A stretch of 64,000 nt of DNA from Actinomycetes bacterium (GCA_021829645.1 JAKBPI010000001.1:136796-200795); one strand, 5' to 3'; counted from the stretch's first letter, positions 9,791 through 19,781 are shown. Numbers and translations are program-made. Notes: generated by a model from the sequence alone, not told the origin.

Positions 9791-12091
9791 TTGGCTATAG
9801 CGGATCCCATAACAATTATCAGCGATTCTACAGACTGGCACCTATGGCAAATAAGGGCACTACAAATTGCCAATCTGGACAAAGTACTCCTTGATTTGAG
9901 ATATTGTTTTTTAGTGTTTCTTTTACCGTTTGAAGACTTTACTAATCAAAAAAGGTCCGCTTCGGTTTTTTCCCGTATCAAATACCAATTTTGCCAAAAA
10001 ACACATCGCAAAACCTTACTACCGTCTCTGGTAACACTTATTTTGTCTGTACTAATGGGTTTTCCTGTCACAGCAAGTGCTGCTACGAAAAGTCGCCATG
10101 TGAGCCCTCGTACAACGATAGTTTTAGCCAACCAGACTGAGTGGATAAAGCGTCAGGGACAAAGCTTTACAGTCAGTTTTTTATTATCATCTCCTCTTGC
10201 CAAACAAAATCTCGGATTACAATTCGTGCTCTATTCCAAACTAACGTCTCGTTACGCATATGCCGCTTCTGCTGAGAACCAAGAGTCGGGTCAAAGTGCA
10301 ATTACCACATCCAATATCATTCCGATCAACCGACTCAGAACAGTAGACCTAAGTAAAAACCAATTTCGACCAAGTATAAGCTTTCCTATCTCCCTAGCAA
10401 GCCCCCAACCGGAAACGAAAAAAGTTCCCATCCTATATTTAAACTGTAACCAGAGCGCCTGTGACGGAGTATATCCTCTGCAAGCCAACTTAATCGACAT
10501 TGCCACCGGCAAACAACTGGGTACCTTGACAACCCATATCATTTATACTGCGTTCGAAAGAAGCAACCTCCCTCTGGAGGTAGGCCTCATTATCCCTATA
10601 GGGGAAAACAACTACATTAAACCAAACGGCACAACAGACGTACCGTCCCAATCGATATCCTCACTCCGATCGGTTCTGTCACTTTTGACGGCATACAAAA
10701 AAGATGCCGTCACACTCAATATAAGTCCCCAACTACTATACGCATTGGATCTTAGTAAGAATAAAAATGCCGAAGCTATCTTGCCTGAAATACGTCATCT
10801 GATAAATATCAAATTTAAATTGAAAAACTTGCAAATATTAGGACAAACTTTTAGTAACATCAACGCCACTCAACTAGTAAAAGCTCATTTAGCTTCTCAA
10901 ATCAAGACACAATTCCAATACGGGCAATCCATTGATACCAATTACTTAAAAATTTCCACGCGAGCAAGTCCTTACTTATCTTCCGCAAACATCTCACCAA
11001 AAGCTCTCAACGTACTGACAGTCAATCACATCAATAGAATGGTTCTACCCGAAAAAAATATTGCGTTGAACTATAACAGCACCATAACAGCGCCTTTACG
11101 GATATCAGAAAACAGCATACCATTACCGAACAAACACTCAACTCAATCTCCGGAGGTACTCTTAGCTGACCAGGGATTGGCAAACAGGTTTAACGACGAC
11201 ACCGGCGATCCCCAATTGGAAGCAAGTACCATCTTAGGTGAACTTGCACAGATATACTTCGATGCACCTGACGCCCTCAGTAACAGATGTATCGTAATAA
11301 GTCCTTCTTCGTGGGGTGGTAAATACCTCATGAAGCCCCTACTGGCAGGATTACTGTCTTCAAACATTTTACAATCAAAAACAATAAATCAAATTTTTGC
11401 CACCGTGCGTACCGGTACAAACGGCTCTCCCACAGAAGCAAAACTTGACAATTACGGCACCGGATCACAAAAGCTTCACCTCAAAGAAATCACCGCATTG
11501 ACTAAAGGTTACAACTATCTGAGGATACTGGAGTCAATCCTTGGCACAAAAGAACCTTTGGCACAATCCCAAAATTTACTGGCAAGTGCATCGATATTGG
11601 AGGGAGAAACCAACAATCTATCTTCGGCAATGGAAAAAGCTTATTTTTTGACACCTTATAACATGATCAAAAAAATAGAACCGGCGCTTTCGCTGAACGG
11701 AAACAAGGCGATTACCCTCACTTCTTCCACAGGGAAAGTACCCGTTACGGTTAGTTCCGATTACCCTATTCCGCTAAACGTGGAACTTAGCGTAAACTCG
11801 AGCGAAGTCATAGTACAAACTAAACCTAAACTTCTCTCGCTCCGTCATTTACAGCCGGTTTATTTTCAGGTCACAACCAGAACATCCGGAAGGTTTATTC
11901 TCAAAGTACAGGTTTTTTCGCCAACCGGGCATTTGCTTTTGCTAAATGAAAATTATGTGGTATCTTCAACAGCAATTTCACTGGAATCTCTATTACTCAC
12001 GGCACTGGCGCTTTTTATACTGATCGCTTGGTGGATCAAGTCTTTTTTGAAGTCACGCAAAAATAAACTTCTCCCGAGTGAGCGCCACTAA
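9791..12091 (+). CDS. Large secreted/membrane-anchored conserved protein, equivalent by position to Rv3909 / DUF6049
   Basis: 766 aa with a signal-like segment LVTLILSVLMGFPVTASA and a C-terminal TM LLLTALALFILIAWWI. It lies between cca and murJ, as the DUF6049 protein does in Actinobacteria. The assignment rests on synteny and architecture only. Confidence 0.5.
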   Translation: MAIADPITIISDSTDWHLWQIRALQIANLDKVLLDLRYCFLVFLLPFEDFTNQKRSASVFSRIKYQFCQKTHRKTLLPSLVTLILSVLMGFPVTASAATKSRHVSPRTTIVLANQTEWIKRQGQSFTVSFLLSSPLAKQNLGLQFVLYSKLTSRYAYAASAENQESGQSAITTSNIIPINRLRTVDLSKNQFRPSISFPISLASPQPETKKVPILYLNCNQSACDGVYPLQANLIDIATGKQLGTLTTHIIYTAFERSNLPLEVGLIIPIGENNYIKPNGTTDVPSQSISSLRSVLSLLTAYKKDAVTLNISPQLLYALDLSKNKNAEAILPEIRHLINIKFKLKNLQILGQTFSNINATQLVKAHLASQIKTQFQYGQSIDTNYLKISTRASPYLSSANISPKALNVLTVNHINRMVLPEKNIALNYNSTITAPLRISENSIPLPNKHSTQSPEVLLADQGLANRFNDDTGDPQLEASTILGELAQIYFDAPDALSNRCIVISPSSWGGKYLMKPLLAGLLSSNILQSKTINQIFATVRTGTNGSPTEAKLDNYGTGSQKLHLKEITALTKGYNYLRILESILGTKEPLAQSQNLLASASILEGETNNLSSAMEKAYFLTPYNMIKKIEPALSLNGNKAITLTSSTGKVPVTVSSDYPIPLNVELSVNSSEVIVQTKPKLLSLRHLQPVYFQVTTRTSGRFILKVQVFSPTGHLLLLNENYVVSSTAISLESLLLTALALFILIAWWIKSFLKSRKNKLLPSERH

Positions 12092-13736
12092 AATGCCTGA
12101 TACATCCAAAACACATAATAAAAATTCCAAAAATGACACCATACACTTTATAACTGGAGAAAATCGTAAATCTCAACTAAACAGGGCTTCGCTAAAAACC
12201 GCCGGTGGCACTATGTTGTCACGCGTCACCGGACTGCTGAGACTTATTGTTTTAGCTTACGCCATAGGTGGTTCTAGATTAGCTGACGCGTTTAACCTGG
12301 CTAACAATACTCCCAATATGATCCACGATCTTGTTTTGGGTGGAATTATGGCTGCGACATTTGTACCTGCCATTGTGAAAAGAATGTCCGGTGCTTCGGA
12401 ACAAGAATTTAGGCAGTCCATATCGGCCATAGTTTCTTTGTCGATACTGATATTGATAGTTTCCACTGTAATTTTTGAGTTGTTAGCACCTGAAATAGTC
12501 AACCTCTATACGTTTGGGGCACATATCTCTGCTCAGGAAAGATCGATTGCGGTAGAGCTATTGAGATTTTTTGCTCCACAAGTGCTCTGTTATGGTTTTT
12601 TTGGTCTTATTGCTTCCCTGTTGGCCACGAGAGACGAGTTCGCCATTGTCGGTATTGCCCCGGTTAGCAATAACATTGTCGGCATCATAGTTTTGCTTGT
12701 TTTTTCTTTTATGACAAGCAAAACAAACATGAAACACCTCGCTTTGTCGCAACCCGAACTTATCTTACTGGGTGCCGGCACAACCCTGGCGGTTGCCTCG
12801 CAAGTGTTTATAATCCTCCCTGCCCTAAGAAGACAGAAATTCAGATTCAAACTTTCTTTTAGTTTGCGAGATCCCGCCATCCGGATGATTATGTCTCTTT
12901 CGTCATGGACTCTTGGTTTTGTACTGGCAAACCAGCTGGCCCTCTTTTTCATCATGGCCCTTGAAGTTAGATCCGGTGTCGGAGGAGTAAGCGCGTACAC
13001 TTACGCTTTTACTTTTTTCCAACTCCCATTCGGCGTCGTCACTGTATCTATAGCAAACGTTGTTACACCTGACTTTGCAAGGCTGTATGCGGCCAACAAA
13101 CCAAGACAATTTGCCAATAGATTTTCTTACGGCGTGCGTCAGATAATGGCTCTTGTTATTCCGGCAGCCGCGGCCTATTTGGTGCTGGCTAGACCTATGG
13201 TAGAAGTCTTAATAGGCCACGGACGAGAATCGATGACTGCTGTAAATCTGACTGCAGCCACCTTGGTCATGTTCGCACTGGGTCTGCCCGGTTTTTGTGT
13301 GTTCTTTTTGGCTATCAGGGCCTTCCAGGCCATGCACGACACAAAAACTGCTTTTGTGTTATACGTCATTGAAAACGGGATCAATATTATTGCTGCTATT
13401 TTCCTATACCGACATTTTGGAGTCAAAGGTTTGGCACTTTCTTACTCCATAGCCTACAGTGTCGCCATGCTTGTGGCCTTACTGCTCCTCAGAGAACGCC
13501 TGGGTAGCATCAGTGGAAGAAAAATTGCCTTACGCTCCCTTGCAGCGTTGGGGTATTCCGTTGTGATGGTATTCGCAGTTGCCTTTATCGGTGCTCTTTT
13601 CCCTCACGAAACAGGCGCCTACGAAATACTCATCCTCCTACTCCAAATCGCCGGTGGATTATTAGTTTACTTAGGAATTCTAAATATAGCACGCAGTGTG
13701 ATAGTGTGGAAAAATAAAGCTAATCCCCGTTTATAG
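12078..13736 (+). CDS. murJ: Lipid II flippase MurJ (MviN)
   Basis: A polytopic membrane protein of about 550 aa with the MviN-like N-terminus GGTMLSRVTGLLRLIVLAYAIG...ADAFNLANNTPN. An alternative ATG lies at 12093. It lacks the C-terminal pseudokinase extension. Confidence 0.85.
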   Translation: MSATKMPDTSKTHNKNSKNDTIHFITGENRKSQLNRASLKTAGGTMLSRVTGLLRLIVLAYAIGGSRLADAFNLANNTPNMIHDLVLGGIMAATFVPAIVKRMSGASEQEFRQSISAIVSLSILILIVSTVIFELLAPEIVNLYTFGAHISAQERSIAVELLRFFAPQVLCYGFFGLIASLLATRDEFAIVGIAPVSNNIVGIIVLLVFSFMTSKTNMKHLALSQPELILLGAGTTLAVASQVFIILPALRRQKFRFKLSFSLRDPAIRMIMSLSSWTLGFVLANQLALFFIMALEVRSGVGGVSAYTYAFTFFQLPFGVVTVSIANVVTPDFARLYAANKPRQFANRFSYGVRQIMALVIPAAAAYLVLARPMVEVLIGHGRESMTAVNLTAATLVMFALGLPGFCVFFLAIRAFQAMHDTKTAFVLYVIENGINIIAAIFLYRHFGVKGLALSYSIAYSVAMLVALLLLRERLGSISGRKIALRSLAALGYSVVMVFAVAFIGALFPHETGAYEILILLLQIAGGLLVYLGILNIARSVIVWKNKANPRL

Positions 13737-13769
13737 TAAAGCCCTGAATATATTTAATGTGAGGTTCAA

Positions 13770-14597
13770 ATGATTAAAATTATCACCGATACCGCCGCAG
13801 ATATCCCTCCTGAAATTTTAAGTGAAAAAAACATAGTCGCCGTGCCACTCGGAGTCTATTTTTACAAAAACAATACCGAGATGAGCATCGACTCTGTCGA
13901 AGAATTTTGGAAAACCATGGCCGCAGATACTTTTCTACCAAAAACTTCTGCTCCTTCTCCGGGTAGTTTCGCTGAATCGTTTGCCACAGCGCAATCCGAA
14001 GGCTATGAAGGTGTTATATGTATCACTCTTGCCTCTGAATTATCCGGAACATACGAAGCCGCTTTGGTTGGAGCACAAGAAGTGAAGAACTTTCCAATTG
14101 AAGTCATTGATTCCAAATCAGTTACCCTCGGAGAGGGTTTACTAGTACTATTTGCATCTGAACTGGCAAATAATGGGCTTTCTTTTCAAGAAATTGTAGA
14201 TGCTACTTGCAAAAAACGTGAGAAAATTAAGATTTTGGCCCTTCTGGATACTTTAGAGTACCTAAAGTTAGGAGGACGCATTGGCGCTCTTTCTTCCATG
14301 ATAGGAACACTACTTTCCGTAAAGCCAATTATTGAAATCAAATTCGGTGCTTTATCAACCGTCAGTAAACAAAGAACCAGATCGAGAGGAATCGATTTTC
14401 TGACCGACTTACTCAAAACCTACACCAACCTAGAAAAGGTTGCCGTAGTTCACTCCATGGCGCCAGACATAGACAGCATCACTGAATCCGTTACGGGCAT
14501 CCTTGGAACCGAGGATGTTCTTACCTCCTATATAGGTCCCATAGTGGGCACTTATTCCGGTCCGGGCACAATCGGGTTTTGCCTTATGGAAAAATAG
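13770..14597 (+). CDS. DegV-family fatty-acid-binding protein
   Basis: MIKIITDTAADIP..., TSAPSPG and DSKSVTLGEG are DegV hallmarks; 275 aa. Confidence 0.9.
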   Translation: MIKIITDTAADIPPEILSEKNIVAVPLGVYFYKNNTEMSIDSVEEFWKTMAADTFLPKTSAPSPGSFAESFATAQSEGYEGVICITLASELSGTYEAALVGAQEVKNFPIEVIDSKSVTLGEGLLVLFASELANNGLSFQEIVDATCKKREKIKILALLDTLEYLKLGGRIGALSSMIGTLLSVKPIIEIKFGALSTVSKQRTRSRGIDFLTDLLKTYTNLEKVAVVHSMAPDIDSITESVTGILGTEDVLTSYIGPIVGTYSGPGTIGFCLMEK

Positions 14598-14658
14598 TCG
14601 CCTGTTTTATTGGATATATATTCTGCCGTTACATAGTGATTAGTAGTAATATGTTGGC

Positions 14659-14991
14659 ATGCAAGCACCTTCCGAGACAGAGACTGGCGCAGATAAAAAG
14701 GATTTGGCTGCTAAATTAACCGCTTATCTTGAAACAGCGGTTGATATGGTTAGGGATAAATCGACGAAGCCTCTTGCCGGTATCATCAATACGGTTTTCA
14801 TTGTAGTAATGCTGTTATTGGGAGTTTCTTTTCTGTCGGTTATTTTTACTCTGGGCGTGTTTAGACTGCTTAATGACTTGGTCTTTTCCGGCCGCGTCTG
14901 GGCCACTTACCTTTTAGTTGGCGGAATATTTTTTCTTATTGGCTTGTTTCTCATAAGGAAGATAGGAAAAGAAAGGTCCCACATTGTCTGA
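14659..14991 (+). CDS. Small two-TM membrane protein of unknown function
   Basis: 110 aa with two clear hydrophobic helices. Its stop overlaps the trxB start by 8 nt, which suggests co-transcription. No family is recognised with confidence. Confidence 0.4.
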   Translation: MQAPSETETGADKKDLAAKLTAYLETAVDMVRDKSTKPLAGIINTVFIVVMLLLGVSFLSVIFTLGVFRLLNDLVFSGRVWATYLLVGGIFFLIGLFLIRKIGKERSHIV

Positions 14992-15937
14992 GGCTAACAT
15001 CCATGACGTAGTTATACTTGGTTCCGGGCCGGCCGGCTTGACGGCTGCCATTTACACGGCCAGAGGTAACCTTAAGCCTTTACTGCTTGAAGGAGAACCC
15101 TCTTCCACAGGTGACCAACCCGGAGGCCAGTTGATGCTGACAACAGAGGTGGAAAACTTTCCCGGCTTTCCTCAAGGTATTTTAGGTCCGGAGCTGATGG
15201 CAAGTCTGAAAGAGCAGGCCATTAAATTCGGTACCACCATCAGTACGGCAAAAGCCTTAAAGGTAGACTTTTCGGCTTCGCCTTTTTCCATCCGGACATC
15301 GGTATCAAACGAGCCGATTCAGACCCGTTCCGTTATTATAGCGACAGGAGCACAGGCTCTTATGCTCAACGTAGAAGGCGAAGAGAGATTGCTCGGGCAT
15401 GGAGTTTCTGCGTGTGCAACGTGTGATGGTTTTTTCTTTAGAGACCAAAAAGTGATCGTAGTGGGAGGTGGAGACTCTGCGTTGGAAGAAGCCGGTTTTT
15501 TGTCAAAATTCGCCTCTTCTGTTACGGTAGTACATCGCAGAAAAGAATTGCGGGCCTCTAAAATTATGCAAGAAAGAGCGATGAAAAATCCAAAAATTTC
15601 TTTTCGTTACAACGCTATAGTTAAAGAACTTACAGGCGAAAATAAGTTGGAATTTGTGAGAATAGAGGATGTAGAAACGTCGCTTGTTGAAGACGTAGAA
15701 GCTCAGGGTCTTTTCGTGGCAATAGGTCACGCGCCCAATACAGAGCTTTTTAAAGGTCAAATCGAGCTCGATCAAAAAGGCTATGTTCTGACACGTAACG
15801 GCACCGAGACTTCTGTACCCGGTGTATTCGCCGCCGGCGATGTACAAGACTCCAAATACCGTCAAGCAATAACGGCAGCCGGATCAGGATGTATGGCCGC
15901 ATTGGATGTAGAACACTATTTGGAATCATCACACTAA
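14984..15937 (+). CDS. trxB: Thioredoxin-disulfide reductase
   Basis: GSGPAG FAD motif, redox-active CATCDG and GGGDSALEEA NADPH motif; TTG start. Confidence 0.95.
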   Translation: MSEANIHDVVILGSGPAGLTAAIYTARGNLKPLLLEGEPSSTGDQPGGQLMLTTEVENFPGFPQGILGPELMASLKEQAIKFGTTISTAKALKVDFSASPFSIRTSVSNEPIQTRSVIIATGAQALMLNVEGEERLLGHGVSACATCDGFFFRDQKVIVVGGGDSALEEAGFLSKFASSVTVVHRRKELRASKIMQERAMKNPKISFRYNAIVKELTGENKLEFVRIEDVETSLVEDVEAQGLFVAIGHAPNTELFKGQIELDQKGYVLTRNGTETSVPGVFAAGDVQDSKYRQAITAAGSGCMAALDVEHYLESSH

Positions 15938-15954
15938 AACAAGGAGACTGATAA

Positions 15955-16281
15955 ATGTCAGGTAGCACAGTAACAATTAACGATTCTAATTTTAACGAAG
16001 CCGTAATAGCTTCTGATACACCTGTTTTGGTTGACTTTTGGGCAGAGTGGTGTGGTCCTTGCAAAATAATCGCACCTATTTTGGATGAAATAGCCGCAGA
16101 ACACGAAGGCAAAATTATTATAGGTAAGCTCAACACAGACGATAACATCGAAACAGCGAGACGGTTTGAAGTAATGAGCATACCTACTTTAATTTTATTC
16201 AAAGACGGAGAAGCTCAAATAAGGATCGTAGGAGCTCAACCTAAATCTGCCCTTGTAAACAAAATAAGCCAGTTTCTCTGA
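15955..16281 (+). CDS. trxA: Thioredoxin
   Basis: 108 aa with the WAEWCGPCK active site and the IPTLILFKDGE motif. Confidence 0.95.
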   Translation: MSGSTVTINDSNFNEAVIASDTPVLVDFWAEWCGPCKIIAPILDEIAAEHEGKIIIGKLNTDDNIETARRFEVMSIPTLILFKDGEAQIRIVGAQPKSALVNKISQFL

Positions 16282-16391
16282 AATCTATCAGCACAAATTA
16301 CATATTTGTAATAATTACTGCCATGCTAATTTCTTGAGATAGTTATAACAAATACCGACATTAAACTCAATATCGACCTATCATTGAATAA

Positions 16392-17432
16392 ATGGTTCAA
16401 AACGAGCTGAAGCTGCAAAACTCAAGTACCCATAACACAGAAATTGTGGGTGACTCAATTTTGCCGTTAAAGCTTGGTGACCACAATCTGGCCGTCAAAG
16501 ACCTCCAAAGACGTCTAAATGCACTCGGCATGGAAACCGATGATACCTACGGATATTTTGGTTTATCCACACAAAAGGCCGTATCGGAATTTCAAGCCGT
16601 CAGAGGTTTGATAGCCACCGGAGAATGCAGTCGACAAACTTGGGATACTTTGGTTGAATCAGGCTGGAAGTTAGGCGATCGTATGTTGTACCGCCGCACT
16701 CCTATGTTTAAAGGAGATGACGTAGCTCAACTGCAACGAAACTTGAGCGCTTACGGCTTTGACCCGGGTAGAATCGACGGCATTTTTGGCAATGACACAG
16801 ACTTTGCACTGCGTGATTTTCAACGCAACTGCGGACTGTTGGTAGATGGTATCTGCGGTCAACGAACCATCCACGAATTGAACAGATTGCGTCCCGCTAA
16901 CGGTGGTACGGCTTTGGTCTCACCTCTGCGCGAGCGCTGGACGTTGATTTCAAAACGAGAAACAGGATTAGCCGGCAAAAAAATAGTTGTTTGCGAACCG
17001 GGCGGATTCGACAAAGCGACGACAGCCCTAAAAAGGTTTTTTGGAAGAAGCGGTGCGAATGTTTTTGTCCTTCCCAATATCAATCCTTCCACTACCGCAG
17101 CAGAAGCCAACCAGTTGGCCGCAGAACTTGTTATTTCGCTCAATTTAGAGCCCGCAACACAAGAGTGCTCTATCCATTACTATAAAGGTTACCGTTACGA
17201 ATCAGAAGCAAGCAGACAGTTGGCTGAGCTTATTGAGGCAGAATTGTCGGCTTCTTTTAATTTTGAAGCAACCTCCGTAATTGGCATGGCGACACCTATC
17301 TTAAGAGAAACAAGAATGCCGGCGGTTGAACTTTATCTAGGCAACGTCAAAGAAGTAGTAAAGCAAATTACCTCTTTGGCCTCTACAATAATCACGGCCA
17401 CGACACAGTGGATAGAACACGACTGGGAATAA
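16392..17432 (+). CDS. cwlM: CwlM-like protein: two peptidoglycan-binding domains plus a degenerate Amidase_3 domain
   Basis: Two PG_binding_1 repeats (GDHNLAVKDLQRRLNALG...YFGLSTQKAVSEFQ and GDDVAQLQRNLSAYGF...IFGNDTDFALRDFQ). In the C-terminal amidase-like domain the expected DPGHGG and S-I-H-x-N read EPGGFD and ISLNLE. It follows trxA, as cwlM does in mycobacteria. Confidence 0.75.
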   Translation: MVQNELKLQNSSTHNTEIVGDSILPLKLGDHNLAVKDLQRRLNALGMETDDTYGYFGLSTQKAVSEFQAVRGLIATGECSRQTWDTLVESGWKLGDRMLYRRTPMFKGDDVAQLQRNLSAYGFDPGRIDGIFGNDTDFALRDFQRNCGLLVDGICGQRTIHELNRLRPANGGTALVSPLRERWTLISKRETGLAGKKIVVCEPGGFDKATTALKRFFGRSGANVFVLPNINPSTTAAEANQLAAELVISLNLEPATQECSIHYYKGYRYESEASRQLAELIEAELSASFNFEATSVIGMATPILRETRMPAVELYLGNVKEVVKQITSLASTIITATTQWIEHDWE

Positions 17433-17527
17433 AAACTTCTTTGCGGCCTCGTTAAACCTGGTAAACGCGAGGAAAACCTATTTCTCAGGTTGAAACTCAA
17501 CACTAAAGCTATTCTTGATGTAATCAT

Positions 17528-17560
17528 AAATCCACAAGGTTGTCCACAACTTGTGGATAA
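17528..17560. promoter_or_regulatory. Cluster of three DnaA boxes outside oriC
   Basis: AAATCCACA (17528-36, 7/9), TTGTCCACA (17540-48, perfect actinobacterial consensus) and TGTGGATAA (17552-60, the reverse complement of TTATCCACA, perfect). They lie in the gap between convergent cwlM and parB. Confidence 0.6.
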
Positions 17561-17695
17561 CCTTCAAGTTATGGTTTATATACATTGTGTTCACCTAAAG
17601 TAGGCAATTTGAATAAGTTTTGAAATATTCTTCTAGGTGGTAGCTGATATTTGACATTAAAGTGTATCAACGTCAAGTTGAGATTGAGTAACGCC

Positions 17696-18664
17696 CTACG
17701 AACGCCCCACCATTGCTTTATAAATACGCTCCAAGTCTTCAAGAGTAGCAAAATCAATAACAATTTTGCCGTGCTTGGAGCCCATTTCAACTTTTACTCT
17801 GGTGTCGAGATGTTCACTCAATAAGTCTTCTAACTCTAAAAATCCCGGGGGCCTTAATTGTTTAGAGGTAACGTTCCCCAAACGTTGGGCTTCTGTATTA
17901 AAAGGATTCGTGACAGCAGTATTTTCTAAATCTGCTCTGTTTTGAATTAGAGCTTGGCTGCCAGCCGCACCGGGTAATTCGGATTCATCTGCTGTGGTGG
18001 TCAGGCGTCTGACTGCCTCTTCCAAACTACGTACTGACAGTTTTAATTCCACCGCTTCTTTAGCTAAACGCTCTTGTATTTGACGATCCGGTGTTGCCAG
18101 TAAGACTTTAGCATGCCCACTAGTCAACGAACCCTCTTGCAGCATAACCTGAATAATTGGAGGAAGTTGTAATAGTCGCAGTATATTAGAAACAGCGGCT
18201 CTGCTTTTACCCACCCTGATAGCCAATTCCTCATGCGTTAAGCCAAATTCTTCTATGAGTTGTCTATAAGCTGAGCCTTCTTCTATGGGGTTTAAGTCAC
18301 TTCTGTGTAGATTTTCTACTAAAGCTTTTTCTAAGCTAAGTTTATCGTCGGCTGATTGCACCAATACCGGTATTGTCTGCAGACCGGCTCTTTTGGAAGC
18401 GCGCCAACGTCGTTCTCCGGCAATTAACTCAAAATTACCCGGCTCGGTTTCGCGAACTAAAACCGGTTGCAATAAACCCAATGCCTTAATGGAATCAGAG
18501 AGTTCCGCCAGAGATTCTTCATCAAAGCTTTTTCGAGGCTGATATGGATTTGGGTATATGGAAGTTATAGGTACTTCACGCAGTACACTTGTAGACCCCC
18601 CGGCAGTTTGATTTGGTATTAAAGCACTCAAACCGCGACCGAGACCAGTAGTCTTACTTGCCAT
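17696..18664 (-). CDS. parB: Chromosome partitioning protein ParB (Spo0J)
   Basis: 322 aa with the ParB box LIAGERRWRASKRAG and an HTH region. Its start overlaps the 3' end of parA. Confidence 0.95.
   Translation of the reverse strand: MASKTTGLGRGLSALIPNQTAGGSTSVLREVPITSIYPNPYQPRKSFDEESLAELSDSIKALGLLQPVLVRETEPGNFELIAGERRWRASKRAGLQTIPVLVQSADDKLSLEKALVENLHRSDLNPIEEGSAYRQLIEEFGLTHEELAIRVGKSRAAVSNILRLLQLPPIIQVMLQEGSLTSGHAKVLLATPDRQIQERLAKEAVELKLSVRSLEEAVRRLTTTADESELPGAAGSQALIQNRADLENTAVTNPFNTEAQRLGNVTSKQLRPPGFLELEDLLSEHLDTRVKVEMGSKHGKIVIDFATLEDLERIYKAMVGRS
17711..18150. repeat. Left arm of an inverted repeat (the 3' half of parB); its partner is 19782-20200
   Basis: The reverse complement aligns by eye with 19782-20200. 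I count 6 substitutions plus four indels of 1, 6, 8 and 6 bp. Confidence 0.9.
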
Positions 18665-19451
18665 TATGCAGTATCTCCTTAGCTAATTCTCTGTATGCTA
18701 TAGCACCCCTTGAAGATGGGTCGTGTAGTGTTACAGGTTGTCCAAAAGAAGGTGCTTCAGAAACACGAACGGAGCGGGGTATAACGGTGTCGCAAACTTT
18801 TGTACTAATAGATTGTTCAAAATGACTTTTAACGTCTTTAACAACTTGATCTGCTAATTTTGTCCTGGCGTCATACATAGTCAAGACGATGGTGCTGACC
18901 ACTAAAGTCGGATTAAGACTTGTCCTGACTAACTCCACATTATTGAGTAATTGGCTTAGACCTTCCAATGCATAATATTCGCACTGTATAGGTACGAGAA
19001 CTTCGGTAGCTGCCGTCAAAGCGTTGACTGTCAATAATCCCAACGAAGGCGGGCAGTCAATAAAAATAAAATCAAAATCTTCGCTTAGTTGCTCAATGGC
19101 TCTCTTTAGGCGCATTTCCCGACTAAAAGAAGTAACCAGCTCAATTTCTGCTCCTGCTAAGCTCAAGGTAGCGGGGGTCAGAAATAAATTCTTTATGCTA
19201 GTAGGCTCAATTGAATCTTCTATATCTACATTGTGGAGTAATACGTCGTAAATTGAATTGTCAAAGTTTCGAGCGTGCACCCCCAAGCCAGAACTTGCAT
19301 TACCTTGCGGATCTAAGTCAATTACCAGAACTTTATTGCCTAAATCAGCAAGAGACGCTCCTAAGTTGACTGTAGTAGTAGTTTTTCCAACGCCGCCTTT
19401 TTGGTTGGCTATAGCAAACGTCCGACATTGCTGGTCTTGTATATGTGCCAC
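18654..19451 (-). CDS. parA: Chromosome partitioning ATPase ParA (Soj)
   Basis: Deviant Walker A NQKGGVGKTTTT, DLDPQGN and IFIDCPPSLG motifs. Confidence 0.95.
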   Translation of the reverse strand: MAHIQDQQCRTFAIANQKGGVGKTTTTVNLGASLADLGNKVLVIDLDPQGNASSGLGVHARNFDNSIYDVLLHNVDIEDSIEPTSIKNLFLTPATLSLAGAEIELVTSFSREMRLKRAIEQLSEDFDFIFIDCPPSLGLLTVNALTAATEVLVPIQCEYYALEGLSQLLNNVELVRTSLNPTLVVSTIVLTMYDARTKLADQVVKDVKSHFEQSISTKVCDTVIPRSVRVSEAPSFGQPVTLHDPSSRGAIAYRELAKEILHNGK

Positions 19452-19558
19452 GCTTAAATACCTTTGATATTAAAAATTTCTTTGAGTAAAAATATAGCAT
19501 ACCGAGAACATTTAGCAATAGTAGCCGGTCAATAAAAGCTGCTTTTCTGCAATATAAA

Positions 19559-19574
19559 TGTTCCACGTGGAACA
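19559..19574. promoter_or_regulatory. parS site 1 (perfect 16-bp palindrome)
   Basis: TGTTCCACGTGGAACA compared with the canonical parS tGTTNCACGTGAAACa. It sits inside a larger near-perfect palindrome at 19547-19586 (CTGCAATATAAATGTTCCAC/GTGGAACACTTATATTGCAG). Confidence 0.8.
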
Positions 19575-19748
19575 CTTATATTGCAGAAGCTTATCCTATT
19601 CATTCCTTCCAATTGAAATACAGAGTAGTGACTCCTATTTTGAGATTCCCACCAAATTGGGAATTTTCTATCACCTTAAATAGGATTCCTTTTGTTATAA
19701 CAATACGCTTATTGAATCTTTTGATTCTCTTCTGTCATACCACATACT

Positions 19749-19764
19749 TGTTCCACGTGGAACA
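19749..19764. promoter_or_regulatory. parS site 2 (identical 16-bp palindrome)
   Basis: TGTTCCACGTGGAACA again, 17 bp before the start of the parB-fragment copy. Confidence 0.8.
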
Positions 19765-19781
19765 GATGGAATGTGCTCCAT

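Noticed and set aside
14659-14991. Possible holin or prophage remnant upstream of trxB
   Set aside because: There is only a small two-TM protein with no neighbouring phage genes, and it overlaps trxB as part of a conserved housekeeping cluster. The family cannot be assigned by eye.
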